A stretch of DNA of 64,000 bases from Rhina ancylostomus (GCA_030265395.1 JARFYF010000056.1:17134107-17198106), one strand, 5' to 3'. Positions 12,904 through 25,846 are shown, numbered from the stretch's first letter. Notes: a model not told the origin generated them from the sequence alone. Numbers and translations are program-made.

Positions 12904-15681
12904 GTATGTTTTATATTTATCTGGGGATATAATTCATGTGCCGGCGAATTTAAAATCAGTAAATAATCCATTTGCAAGACTCCTTTTTTCATTGAAACTG
13001 CTAGATATTTTTCCATATCAATTTTAATCGTGCTTATTAAAAAATCATTTTAATAAACTATTGAGATAAAATAGCTAATTGCTGTTTATTTATACGTTTT
13101 TAAATTTTATTTAATGTATAGAAAAGGGTTTCCAGTCAAGGTCGTTATCGGGCGTTGTCGCCTGTCTATGGAGAGCGGAGGAATTTTAATATATGCATTT
13201 GAACTGTAATTATTATACTGTATATCTAGTCCCTATAGTATTTGAAAGAAATAGTCAAAGACAAGATATTTAAAATGTTGCTATTTCTCTGAACTGTGCA
13301 TTTTCATTTTCTTTTGTGCAGCCACGTACAGTTATGATGTATGCTTAAAAAGAATATTAAACATGGCTTTTTTTTCTGGGTTTTGGTGTTTTCAATCACA
13401 ATGAGCTTTAAAATGGCTGCGGGGGTGGGTTTCCTGCGGTTATGACCACAGAAAGGTCAGGGAAAATATCTAGAATATAAATACATCTACGTGAGAGGAA
13501 TCGGCCCAGAGATGGACTTGCGGCGAAGGTTAGTCTTCATTATGCAATGTGGAATTTTGTCTTCGGGGAAGGAACGTCGGTAATGGCGGGGGGGGGGGGG
13601 TGTAGCTTGGAAAGAATAAAAAAATTAAATTTATTCTCTCAAATGAGCTCTGTTTGAGTGAATGAATACATAACTTGACAGATTGAATGGACTTGGCGAA
13701 TTTCCTGAGAGGAAGCGAAAATGCTTTGGAAATAGCTTATTCATTTTATGGTATTCCTAAAATTCATAGTATGAATTTATTTCTGGAATCTAATTTTTTT
13801 TTAATGGGGTGAAGTTCAGGGTGAAATTCAAAATAGTTTATTGAGAGAAGATAGGGCTCAAAATAAGGCTAATTGTTAGTCCATGGTAATTGACATCAAA
13901 ACAGTTTGAGAACTGTTTTATTATTATTTCCAATTAACAGATGTCAGGGAGATTCTAGCAACAGTTGTGGAACGTGATGGGTCATAATTTGTTTTTCTAA
14001 CTGAGGTTTGACTACATCCAGAAGACTTACTAGTGAATGCAAATCTAAGTGTAATGTGAAAATAGAAGCAATTTTACATATTACCTTAAATTAGAGACGG
14101 CTGAGTGTTACTGGAAATAGAAGTTGTGTTAAATAGGTAAATTTTATTATTTCTATTCTTGGGCCCTTTAATTTACAAAAACTTAACTGAAGTTAACATG
14201 AATTTAATGAGTATATTTTTGTTTCATTGGTTTCACGGAGCAGTTGATACTAATTAGAATGTATTTTATTCAATGTGTCCTCCCCAAAGACTATTTTTAA
14301 CTTGCTTTTTTAAAAATGGTTGTTACAGTATTTACTTTATTCAATTTTTTGATAATTAAACAAATTGTCATTAAATTTTAAGTCTAGACTTATTTTATGG
14401 ATGTAACTGCAATTTTCAAAATGTATTAAGTTAATCAGTCATGTATATTATGAATTTATTTGTTGGCATATAACCGTATAAAACAATGAACCAATGATGC
14501 GTAATTTGTAAAATGGTGATTCATTCTTTAGAATAACAGATTGATGGTCCATTCTGATTTTAAATTTGGTAGATGCTTGAAAGGGAATTCCAAGCTGTTT
14601 AGTTCATGAAGCACAATTTTAAAACAAAAATTCTGCTTGTGCTTTCTGGAGAAATGTCAGTGGTCTCAATGTGTAATCTAAATTTTAATTATCTCAAACA
14701 TACAGGGAGGGGAACATTTGAGTTGGAATGAAAGTTAAAAATTACGCAATGGTGAAAAGTCCAAGCAGTGGTGTGGCAAGGATACCATTCAGATGATGAC
14801 AGTAATTAAAATTGTGCATCATGTTACTGTTAGAATTTTATGATGTTTAAGTATGCAAGCTTAGATAGCAGTTTGTGATTTTTTTTGTTCTCTCTGTTGT
14901 AGAATAATTGTTTTCTGTATTAGAATTTGACACAGATATAACTCCTTGCTCACTTATAAATAGCATACTGATTTTACTGTTAGACAATATGTGGGCGGGA
15001 AGGGAAATAAAAATATTTCATANNNNNNNNNNNNNNNNNNNNNNNNNNNNNNNNNNNNNNNNNNNNNNNNNNNNNNNNNNNNNNNNNNNNNNNNNNNNNN
15101 NNNNNNNNNNNNNNNNNNNNNNNNNNNNNNNNNNNNNNNNNNNNNNNNNNNNNNNNNNAATTTTGCAGTGCAGGTGTTTTATATACTGCGCCACTGGAAA
15201 ATTGCACAAAACAAGGTCAGGGTGGGGTTAGTTATTGTTTTAGTAGTTGTGTTGGGATGTAATTTGAATATTCTAATTTAAGTTTATAAAAGTGCACAAC
15301 TGCAGTTAATTCAAATAAACATAATATTTTTAAAAAGTACCTTTGCTAACAATTGTGTTACTGATGGTTTTCATGACAGAAATTAGATCTGAGCAAATCC
15401 TCCATTTCTAATACAAATAAGGATTGTGGAACTAATCTGTTTGCCTAAGCACAAATGACAAGTTTCCCAAAACTGAGGAGGCCTTAATAAAAAATAAATT
15501 TAGACTTTTGATTTCAGTGATGGAGTGCAGAGAAACAAATTACAAAATTGGCTTTGTAAGGTGCACTTTAATAACAATATAATAATAAGAATTTTATAGT
15601 GAAATATCTGATTTTTATACGGAATTCATTTTGTGTGAATTGTTTTGTAATTATTTAGTAAATATTCTGTTTATCAAACAG

Positions 15682-15722
15682 CACCAATCATCATGTCTTC
15701 ATTCCGTAAAACCAAACTACAG
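15682..15722 (+). CDS. SPTAN1: Candidate alternative SPTAN1 exon carrying an upstream in-frame ATG (15693)
   Basis: aaacag|caccaatcatcATGTCTTCATTCCGTAAAACCAAACTACAG|gtattg; 10 codons, phase 0, in frame with AAA-ATG of exon 2a. Confidence 0.5.
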
Positions 15723-18700
15723 GTATTGTGTATGTGTGGAATACAGTGTGATTGCCTATATTAACTGATGTGTATTGCGGTAACATGACTAGAAGGTCAA
15801 TATATTGGGTGATGCATGTAGCATGCTTTTACAGACACATTTTACATGCGATGTAACTGATTTCAGAAGTGATTTGAAAGTCACATTTGCATCCTTATTT
15901 GCTCTGAGAACTCTTCTTCTAACTGCCTTTCTTCAATTAATTACTGTTTACAGCAGAAATTCTCAATTGAAATATGGCAGCTGACTACGTTTGTTTTTGC
16001 AAGGACTATGGTGTGGAAACTGACATGTCCCTACCTCAGTATCAAAGTCCTATCTTGATCTTGATGATGTTCTAAAAGGTTATCATTTAATATGTGTTTC
16101 AATTAACTCAACACTCTAAAATAGTAATAGTTAGATTACTTAATTCTCAAAAGGAACCTTTTATATAGAAGCATGGTCTATTTACAAATTTAAACTTAAT
16201 TTCAGATTAACATGGCAGGTATTGGTTACTGATTGATGCAGCTTTTAAAATGCACACATTGGCAGGTGTGTTGCTGATAAGATAAAGAAGAATCCAGGAT
16301 TACCAAATGGGGAATTTGCTGTTTACAAAACATTATTCTTCTGCAGTCTGGACACTTTTCAAGAAAACAAAACTAGACTGTAATTGGCATGTACTGACAT
16401 CATTCAATAATGTTTCTCTAAGGTTATTATAGATAGAATTATAAATAGAATTCTGTGTAGGATTAATCTTTTAAACTTGGTTGCCTTTTCGTAAACCAAA
16501 GCTTGTACAGAATACTTTCTGTACGTGCAAACAATTCAGTTGAAACTTTGTAATTTATTTCAGCCCCCTGGGGCAGTCTGATGCCCAGCTGGCTTGTAGA
16601 TAAATTGATTAGTTTTAGTTTATCAACCCACGTTTATCCTTGGTCTTCATATTGAACAGGAGTTTAAAATTTACTAATTTTTTTAAAAGCTAGGGTATGA
16701 CTGACTATATCCCATTTATTTCCTTGTCTTTGCTACGTGAAAGGCAGGTAGATGGTTTGCTCCCTGACTTTTTCAAAGCTTTAATAAACTGTAGACCAGG
16801 AAGCATGAATTACTCAGGCTAGACGGGCTTTTCTGGTTTTATTTTCAACTTCTCCTTCTTCGCCCTTGCCCTTGCTCTCCATTGTTTTGTAAAATCTCTT
16901 GCTGCAAATGTCCATCCATTTAAGTAATGGCATGACGTGGAAATGATATTTTAGCCGATGCTTGGATCTTGGTGAGTTATGGATTTACACTGATTTAAGG
17001 GAATGCCGTCCTTTTTGAAGTGTGAAAGTAATGGTGCTGAGCAATGCTGTTGAGATATATGTTGATATTTTCAAATAGCACGTTTCATCCCTCACCATTG
17101 TAGAAATAGTTGACTGCTTTAAGTAGTTTATATAATATATATTTTGCTTAGTTTAATTTCCATAAGGAATTCAAATGCATTGACTTTGGCTTGGTTGTGC
17201 CAGTTGCATATTTTCTGTACATTTCTAGTGCATGGTTGAAGCTTGCTGTATCATTTCATTTTGTTATATTTGATTTTTATTGTACAGTTTTCTTGCAAGA
17301 ATATAACAACAATGAAGCCTTTGTGGAAATGGAGATATTTTAAACTTGTTGCTACTATGCTAATGACATCTGTTAAAATGTCATAAATTAATGATCTTCT
17401 GTTAACGAGACTGAGAACAGTAATTCCATTCTAGTTTTAGCTATTGGGTCGTCAATTTCTTACAGTTTAATTGTGCTGGATAGAACTTTCGAGCAAATTG
17501 CTGATTTGTGTTATCAGGCTGGGCCAGGATGCAATGGGAGTGGCTTATCCCTACATGGTTGTTGTGTGGTGTGTAACATCTGTGCATCAGCAAGTGGCCT
17601 CTTGAGGTTTGGAATAGAGGATTGTGTCTATTGGAGACGAGTGTTGTAACTTTTTAGCTTTTATTAAAGAAATATATTATAGAAAAGTTCTTTTCAATAC
17701 AGTTTTCATGTTTATTATCTTCACAACAAAGATGGTGGATGTAAATCATTCACAGAGCATTATCCTGGAACATTGCTGTGAAATTCACTGAGTAAATTTT
17801 CAGTGTTTCCATGCTCTGGGACGAAGAAAGGTCAGCAATGCAGTAAGATTACAGCTAACATCAGTTGTCGTGCAGAAATGTTGTTTGTTACACCGACTGC
17901 AGCTGTTTCTATGATGTAACCAAAACTATACTGCAGAGAAGCTACAGTTGTTTTGCAGGGTACATAACGAAATGAATTGTAACAGAGGAAAACTAAATAA
18001 TTTAATATAGTAAATAAAATAATGTCAAATGACATGGTTTATAATATGATTCTGGAATAAATGGCAATCCAATCTAATCAACCCTGACAAGAATACCTTC
18101 TAAGATGAGAGAAATTTATTGTTTGATATCTCTCCAGAAATCCATTCAATTTGCAATTTTCCATGTAATCACATAAGCTTCCCTAAAATCACATTTTTGT
18201 TTGCATGGGAAAATGCTAAAAGATTATTCTTTATAACATTTGGTTCCTGAACTTGGGAAATGCTATGATAAAATTAGACTAAGCTGTTGTGAATCTAGTC
18301 TGTAGGAATTATTTTGAAAAGGATAATTTTGACACCACAATACCATCTTTAATAAATAAGAATGGAATTCTAAGCACAAAGACTAATGATTCTGGCTAAC
18401 ATTTAATGAATGGATTCAGTTGGATGATTAGAAACAAAGGGAGTTATCTCTTTTGTGGTAGTCATGAGATTTAAAAAGTGCTAGTCCGTTGAAGCTATAA
18501 TCCAAAATGATGGTGTGTCTCTGTGCTCTGCAGGGTGGAGGCTAGAGAACTGCTTCCAACTCATAATGTTTGTTATGGCAATGTGCGTTGTGTGTATGTG
18601 TTTGCTTTTTAAGCAGATTTTTGTGAAACTAGATGTATTGGCCCCTGGATAATTTTATTTATAGGTTGAAAATAGGAATTAAGTATCTTGTAATAGTGAT

Positions 18701-18769
18701 TATCGGCATTATTAAATCTGTAACTTTTACAAGTTATTTAATAATATTGATAATCTATTAAAAGTGCAA

Positions 18770-19260
18770 TCCCAGGACAAGTCTGGTGAATCTTCATTGC
18801 ACTCCTGTGGCAAGTACATTCTTTCTTGGATAAGAAGAACAATCCTGTACACAATACTCAAGGTGTGGTCTCATCGAGGCTCTCTATAATTGAAGTAAAC
18901 CATCCTAACTTTATACATGGTGGCCAATGTAACATTTTCCTTCCTAATTGTTTGCTGAACTTGCATGTTCATTTCCAGTAACTTGTGCATGAGGGCATCT
19001 ACTCCCTTTGGACACCCAACATTTCCCAATCTGTCACCACTTAAAATATACTGCTTTTCTGTTTTGTGCATCCAAGATCTCACTCACTCAGACCATCTGT
19101 AATGCCTTGAATCCTCTTTTCATCCTGCTCAGTTTTGTACTGTCTGCAAACTTGGCAATTTGACATTTGGACCCTCTGCCAAATTGCTGATTTAGATTGT
19201 AAATAGCTGAGGCCTAAGCATCAACTCTGTGGCACTCCCAACCTGAGAGTCTGATTAATT
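18770..19260 (-). mobile_element. CR1 LINE fragment
   Basis: Minus ORF YILSGDRLGNV...MQVQQTIRKENVTLA resembles CR1 ORF2. Confidence 0.7.
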
Positions 19261-19496
19261 CCTATAATGTAATAAAGCAAGTTCAGTTTTGAAACTGAAA
19301 TCTCATAATTAATCCAGTCATAATGTAATGACATGAACATTAAATATCACCAACCTGAAACAGGGATAGACATCCTGGTGTTTCAAAGTTCAACTATAAA
19401 CTTAGTGCACTTTTTTTATGTGCGATTGTATGCAGTGCAAGTCCAACATTGAAAGCCAGCTTTTGTAATTTCAAATATTTTCTTTTTATTTAATTA

Positions 19497-19772
19497 TAGT
19501 ACAACTCCAATAATCTGGCGTACTTGGGACTGCCTGATTTTCTGGGCTATTGAATATTATTCCCATTGATACCCAATACATTCTTAATTTGCTGTTTTTA
19601 GATATTAAATAGTATAATAAATTTTCCAGTGAACCTAGTAAGTTTAAAGGGTGCATAGGAAGTGGGTCCCTGATGAGTTTCAAGGGAGCACAGGAATCAT
19701 TACCTGGTAAACCAGATGCCAAACCATTGGGATTTCCAAATAGTTGGATAGTAGATTATCAGAGTTTTACTG
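19497..19772. mobile_element. Tc1/mariner (pogo/Tigger-like) MITE
   Basis: Imperfect 20-bp TIRs tagtacaactccaataatct / rc cagtaaaactctgataatct (16/20), TA on the left flank, non-coding interior. Confidence 0.65.
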
Positions 19773-20494
19773 TGTTGATCTGCCTGGTAAATCTTACATA
19801 TTCAGGGTGTACAATTTGTGAGGTGATAGCAGAGATGACCGAAGGGATTCGGCATGAACATTTGCAACTCTGTATTTCAGCTTTAGGAAAGTTGCAGAGA
19901 TCCCCTTGTTTTCAACATTTCATGTTGCTAACTGAGACCATTTTAGTACTTGTTTAGTTACAGGAGAGCATTGAAATCGCTGCTTTTGTGAATACTGGCG
20001 TATTTTGAATTTTTAGGATATTTTTCCTGAGCATTCTCTTTCCATGTTCTCACCTCTTGCTTACGTAGAATTCCATGGACTCCATAATTTGCTCAAATGG
20101 CTACTCTTTTGATGAGATAAGTGTCCTGAAGGCTCTCTAACAATGGTAAAGGAGAATAGACCAAACTAACACCATAGAATTGTGAGTCGTGGGTGGTTAT
20201 GTTTCATTTATTGAATGGATTTGAGATTTAGCTGCTTAAATGTACAAAATTTGCTGAGATGGATGTGGAGGTGGAAGTAGGCAATGATAGAATGGATTTA
20301 TGGTCCAAAGATTGCAAACAGTCTGATTTGGTTCCAGACAGTTGTCCAAGATGGGTTGGAAGTTATTGGCTCTGGAACAGTATATGTGTTACCCAGAGCC
20401 CCTTTGGCCTGCATAATGTCTAATAGGAAGAAATTTCTGCTGATCTAGCTTGGGTATTGGACAAACAGCCTGATGGTTTTAGTAACGGCGGTCT

Positions 20495-20820
20495 GTCATA
20501 GTTGCATAGTATGTCAAAAGGCCATTTGGTCTTCCGAGTCCATGTTGACCATAGAACACTGGTTTACACTCATTTTACTACTTGTGTCATTTTATTCTTT
20601 CCACATTCCCATCAACTACCTCCAGATTTACCACTAGCCTGTATGCTAAGGGCAATTTATGGGGGTCAATTAACCTACCACCATGCCAGTCTTTGGGATA
20701 CTGGAGTAAACCCACACCACCACAAGAGAATACGGAAACGCCACACAGATGGCATGGGAGGTAAAAATTGAACTTGGGTCCCTAGTGCTGTGAGGTAGGC
20801 GCTTTACTAGCTACCACCAG
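20495..20820 (-). mobile_element. HE1/V-SINE-like SINE
   Basis: gggcaattta...caattaacctacc...gtctttggga...cacacagat...attgaacttgggtccct..gctgtgagg. Confidence 0.7.
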
Positions 20821-21029
20821 TGGTGTAGGTAAAGCAAAACTTAATGCAGAAGAAGTTGATAAAGGCATATGCTCATTTAAAGAAATATTCTAAAAGAATC
20901 TGGATAAGCTCTTGAATTGCCAAGATGTAGAAGGCTAAGGAACCAAATTCTGTTATAGATGGGGACTGGATTGTGGGGGTAGATGTTGTGGGCTGAAGGG
21001 CCTGTTTCTGTGGTATATGACTACAGTTT

Positions 21030-21350
21030 CTCCTGTACCATGTTGAGACAATTCAGCTGGTATTTTGTTTGCCTAAAAACCTTGATGTTTTTCAACTGAT
21101 GGATGGCTTTTTTTATTTTCTTGTTGCATGACGGCAATTCTGAGATTGTGTTGGATAGTGTTCTGTGGGATGAAGTTGTGGATCCTTCCGTCAATGGCTC
21201 TCTTGCTTGAGGAGATCCTTTGAAGTGTTCCTGTTTCTGTCTTTGAGTTTTCTTCTTGGCTTTAAGTTGAGTGAGGCCTTGAGTGTTCAGGTTCTGGATC
21301 TTGACATGCTGAATTCCTCGTGTTCCATCAATCATACACATATCAATTTT
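21030..21350 (-). mobile_element. RTE-like LINE remnant
   Basis: Minus ORF ...ELPS..KIKKAIHQLKNIK resembles the pre-RT region (KAI..LK..KA.G.D.IPAE) of RTE elements. Confidence 0.45.
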
Positions 21351-21681
21351 CACTATTAGAAAATTGATACAAAAAAGAATTTGAACTCGTCACTACAAAG
21401 CCTATTGCACATGTGCTTAATAGCAATGTCATGACTTAAAGCTGCTTCTGATGCATTCCATACTGAATAATTTATTGTAATTTGAAGATGCATGCTGTGG
21501 TTCCACATGTTCAATTAATGTTACTGTGGGGGAAATGCATTAATTACAAGGAAGGAGTTGAATATAGTTGAAATATTTTGAGATGGATTGAAGTACGTTC
21601 ATTTTTATTGTCATATTTATAAAGCAATTCATTTTTTAAAATCAGTTTGTAATAAATTTGCTTTTATGCCTCTAACAGAAA

Positions 21682-21755
21682 ATGGATTCCACTGGAGTAA
21701 AAATTCTAGATTCAGCAGATGACATTCAAGAAAGACGTCAGCAGGTGCTGGACAG
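21682..21755 (+). CDS. SPTAN1: SPTAN1 exon 2a (exon starts at 21679, ATG at 21682)
   Basis: ctaacag|AAAATG; MDSTGVKILDSADDIQERRQQVLD(R)|gtatga; alpha-II spectrin N-terminus. Confidence 0.95.
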
Positions 21756-22629
21756 GTATGAGTTTTAATTACATTAGGAAATTTGTAAAGCACGATAGAA
21801 ATTGTAATAGTGGCAGCTTTTATGTAGGCAGCAGTGTACAGATGCCCAATATAGGCATTTATCATCTGCATGAATAAGGTCCAGACTAAAATAGCATGTA
21901 ATACCTTGTACTGAGAGGCCTGGCCAAACCTGATCTGCCAGATTTACTTGCAGTGACTTGTCCTATGTCTGCTAGTGAATTTTCATTTCTATGCTTTCAT
22001 TAAGTTCAAATGGGGTTAGGTTGGAGATCATGGTGACATATATAGGAAATTTTGGGGCCACTGACGTTTGCATGAGGGCTATTGTTGTATAGGCTATGTG
22101 AAATTAAATTCCCGGAGAAGTGTATATTAAGTAGTACAAATTTAACATAAAATCATGTTGCCAGCACAGAATAATTTGACATGTAATTTCAATAATAAAT
22201 CTGCTCACAGGCCTGAAATAGATTCTAAAGTGTCCAATGTATCCAGAAGGTCTGAGGTGAATGTTGGTGGCTGGACTACTTTTTAATAAAGCTGAATTTT
22301 TGCCTATTGCTAGGGTCCATACTTAGCAAAGCGGCCCAGCACTTGCACAGCCACCAGGAACTTTTGAAGAATGCCTGATCTGTTATCAGGTCAAATGCTT
22401 CTCAGTGTTTTGAGGAATGGGATATTCCTTTCTAAAAGTAGTGCTTGGCGTGACTGTTTTACTGGCTTTAATTTTTTTTGATCCATTTGCAGTCATCTCG
22501 CACTGATTCTCAAAATTAATTTTGTTTTGGTTTTGCTTCGGTAACTTGAAAAGTATGGCAGTTGGCTTTATCTGGGTGAGGGAAGAATCAAGTGCATCAA
22601 ATCAAGTGATTCTGTTATTTGTGTGCTAG

Positions 22630-22792
22630 GTACCGGCGGTTCAAAGAACTTTCTCTTTTGAGAAGACAGAAGCTAGAAGATTCTTTCAGTTTTCAGTGTT
22701 TCCGCCGTGATGCAGATGAATTGGAGAAATGGATTCAAGAGAAACTGCAGATTGCATCGGATGAAAGTTATAAGGATCCCAGCAATCTGCAG
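22630..22792 (+). CDS. SPTAN1: SPTAN1 exon 2b
   Basis: tgctag|G; YRRFKELSLLRRQKLEDSFSFQCFRRDADELEKWIQEKLQIASDESYKDPSNLQ|gtgcat; 163 nt. Confidence 0.96.
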
Positions 22793-23761
22793 GTGCATCT
22801 CTGACCTCGTTATGTGTTTGAGCTTTGTGAAAGTATTGAGTTTTGCATCTTTTTTTTCCCATTCCTGTTTCAATTAATCTTTGCTGCTTCAAATTGAGCT
22901 ATTTCGGAATGAAATTACCAGNNNNNNNNNNCAGCCAACTTAGTTTTGATTCTTTGACTCATACAGTTTTTTATGTACAAAGTTGTTTTGCATGAACTAT
23001 TATTATTACTCTTTTTTGCTTTTTATCTGCTTGCCATTTTCCTCTACTAGTGAATGTGATATCTTCTGTTAAAATGAATATCAAAAACCTGCAAATTACA
23101 GAAATTTCAAGTAAACACTCAACGCATCGCAGAAGTGGTTAGTTTAATATAACATCATGCTCTGCACAGACATTGGGGGCCGAAGGGCCTGTTCCTGTGC
23201 TCTACTGTTGTATCAGGCAGCATCTATGAAATGATTAAGAGTTAACATTTCAGTTGAAGACCCTTTGTTGGAACTAGGAAAGAGGAAAAAACAGCTTAAT
23301 TTTAAGTTGCAAAGAGGATGGGGTTGATAGATGGATAGGACAAAGGGAATATCTGTTTGGGTGAAGCAAAGGTTGCAGTGGGAATAAGCTGTAGATGAAG
23401 ACACAGTTGATCCGTTAATGAGATTAGTTAGAGAGTAAACACAAAAGAATGTAAAAGTTACAAAAAGTAGAGCTATCGGAAATGTGAAATTTGGAAACTA
23501 TAGGAAGCTCCTGGTCACACAGATTTTCCCCTCCAGTGAACCCACCTTGAGGGGATATTTTCCCACATCAATGTCAATAGCGCATCCATGCTTGGGAACA
23601 AATATTAAAGACACTGTACACTAAAGCTTGTGCTTTTTTTTTTGAAACTTACATTCCTTTAATTAATGGAAAATTCTATTGGGAGTTATTTCAAATGTGT
23701 TCTTCTGGAAAGTGCATGTGCTTCAGCATCTAATTAGGGCAGCAATAAAATTGGCTACAAT

Positions 23762-23817
23762 ATCCTTTATATCTGATCTCTTCATTTACATCCTTCATAT
23801 CTGATCTCTTCATTTAC
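23762..23817. repeat. 28-bp tandem duplication (2 copies, 1 mismatch)
   Basis: atcctt(t/c)atatctgatctcttcatttac x2. Confidence 0.9.
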
Positions 23818-23935
23818 TCTAGCTTGACCTTGCAGGCAAAGGTGCTGCTTGTGCCATAGGATTATTGCCAGTCAAGAGCTAGTATAATCATGGAAGGAGA
23901 TGTGAAAATTGCAATGTTTTATTTTGCTATTGCAG

Positions 23936-24061
23936 GGTAAACTGCAGAAACATCAGGCGTTTGAGGCTGAAGTACAGGCTAATGCTGGTGCCATTATCAA
24001 GCTTGATGAGTTTGGTAACAAAATGATTACAAATGAACATTTTGCAACAGAAACTATTCGA
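23936..24061 (+). CDS. SPTAN1: SPTAN1 exon 3
   Basis: ttgcag|GKLQKHQAFEAEVQANAGAIIKLDEFGNKMITNEHFATETIR|gtaagt; 126 nt. Confidence 0.97.
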
Positions 24062-25846
24062 GTAAGTGGCTTTCCTCTTGTGTGGTTTCACATTTTATTG
24101 TCCTGTTAATCAGAAATATAACTTCCCTTGTTGATCTTTAGTCCTTCACGCCCTACCGGACTACACAACGACCTGTTGTAACCACAGTACAGATTGGTAC
24201 TCACATGGAAGTAGGTGCCCCTTGCTGTGTAGTGCAGTGTTTGTTTTGAATTTCCTCTCTTGGGATGAAAGAGTAATTATGTTTTGCTTTTCTTTGACTT
24301 TTTTAAAAAAAAGTTAGTATTAAACTTCTCAGCTGAGCATTGGTGTCACTTTGTGATTTGGCTGGCAGGATTTATAATAATGTTGAGTCGCCTAGTGCTA
24401 CTACCCATGCTTACTCTAAAGTGAAACATGCTGGTACTGCACAATTTTTGATACTATTGCCATCTTCAATCAATATTAGCTAAATGCCTTTCCTCCATCT
24501 TTGAGGGTTGGAAAGCAGGCAGTGGAGTATTTTCTAACAGGAAGTGAAAGAGGCCAGCATTACTTGAGATAAACCCATCTGTACTAGTAAGATGTTGCTC
24601 ACATATTTAAAATCATGTTATTTATAGTAATTGTTTGGAAATTGGAAGCATAAGGAAGTTATCTTGTATTTGAGGTGCATTTAGTCCTTTTGGCGACAGT
24701 ACATGTACAAATTTACACTCAAATTGTTAGCATTGGTTTGAAATGGTTTACCTCAACTTTACAGTGAAAGCTTATTTAACCTAGTTGGGATCCACTTTAA
24801 TCCGCAACTCCATATTGATACTCTGCATGTTGTATGGCTGCAAAATGGAAACCACTGCTATTCCTTCACTTGAACAAGTAATTTCTGCATTTTTTTTATG
24901 TGGACAACATGATGGTGGGGTTATTTTCACTATGTACTGTTCATTTCACTTGTGCCAATTGAACAAATTTTTGCAAATGGAATCTCTGAAAGTTTAATTG
25001 GATAAAGCCTGTGAACATCTGTCCCTCACTACAATCTGCTATTTTTTTGGCCAGATATTACCCATCAACATGTCTTAGGTCCAATGTTGTACCTTAAAAG
25101 TTGGTTATAATTCTAGTGGATTTTCATTAAAAGCATCGTGGTGAAAAGGGATGCCAGTTATGGATTTTATAAATTGGCAGCAATTCTCAATTTTCTTTTT
25201 TGAGAAGAAATTGTCATTAATGTAATTCATCTAGTTTTATGATTTGTTTCATTGTCAGTCATTCCTTATCATGAACTTGATATTTCCTGCTGGTAAGAGT
25301 GAGCTCAATGGCTTCAGTGTTGCACATTTGATTTCCTAGTTTGAGCACTTTGATCCTATCTGTTTACTGTCATTTAATTTCCTGAAATTATAGTAAAACA
25401 TGATTAATTAAATTGGTATGAAAGCTTCTTATTTAATTACTTTTTTTTTGAATGCATGTGTGGCTCATGAATTTTACTACAAAATTGAGAATATAATTTC
25501 CGGTTTAATTTCTGTAGCGTGGTCGCAGGAAGCCTTTGCTTTTTATCAACAGAAATGGTTACAGAGGTTACCTCCACATTTTGTTTCAGTCACGTGCTTC
25601 CTTTGAAACAATGCTTTCTTAATAGAAAATAATCAATGTGTAGCGTTTTAAGGTAACCTTTCATTCATTATTAGGAATGAGGCAGCTGCAGTACTGTGCA
25701 GAACATTAGATTGTATGGAAGCATTAAGCGTAGAATTGTGATGTGATGGTGATCAAAAACCTAACACTATTTGCTTATTTTTAATTTTGCTTTCAAAATA
25801 AAGTTAAGTTGCTTTTCAGTAGTTTTACTTCTATCTTTCTTTCAAG

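Noticed and set aside
12444-13016. Four short ORFs over the CpG-rich patch
   Set aside because: No recognisable protein; expected by chance in GC-rich promoter/5'UTR sequence
20760-20820. tRNA-like box sequence
   Set aside because: It is the decayed head of a SINE, with no intact cloverleaf
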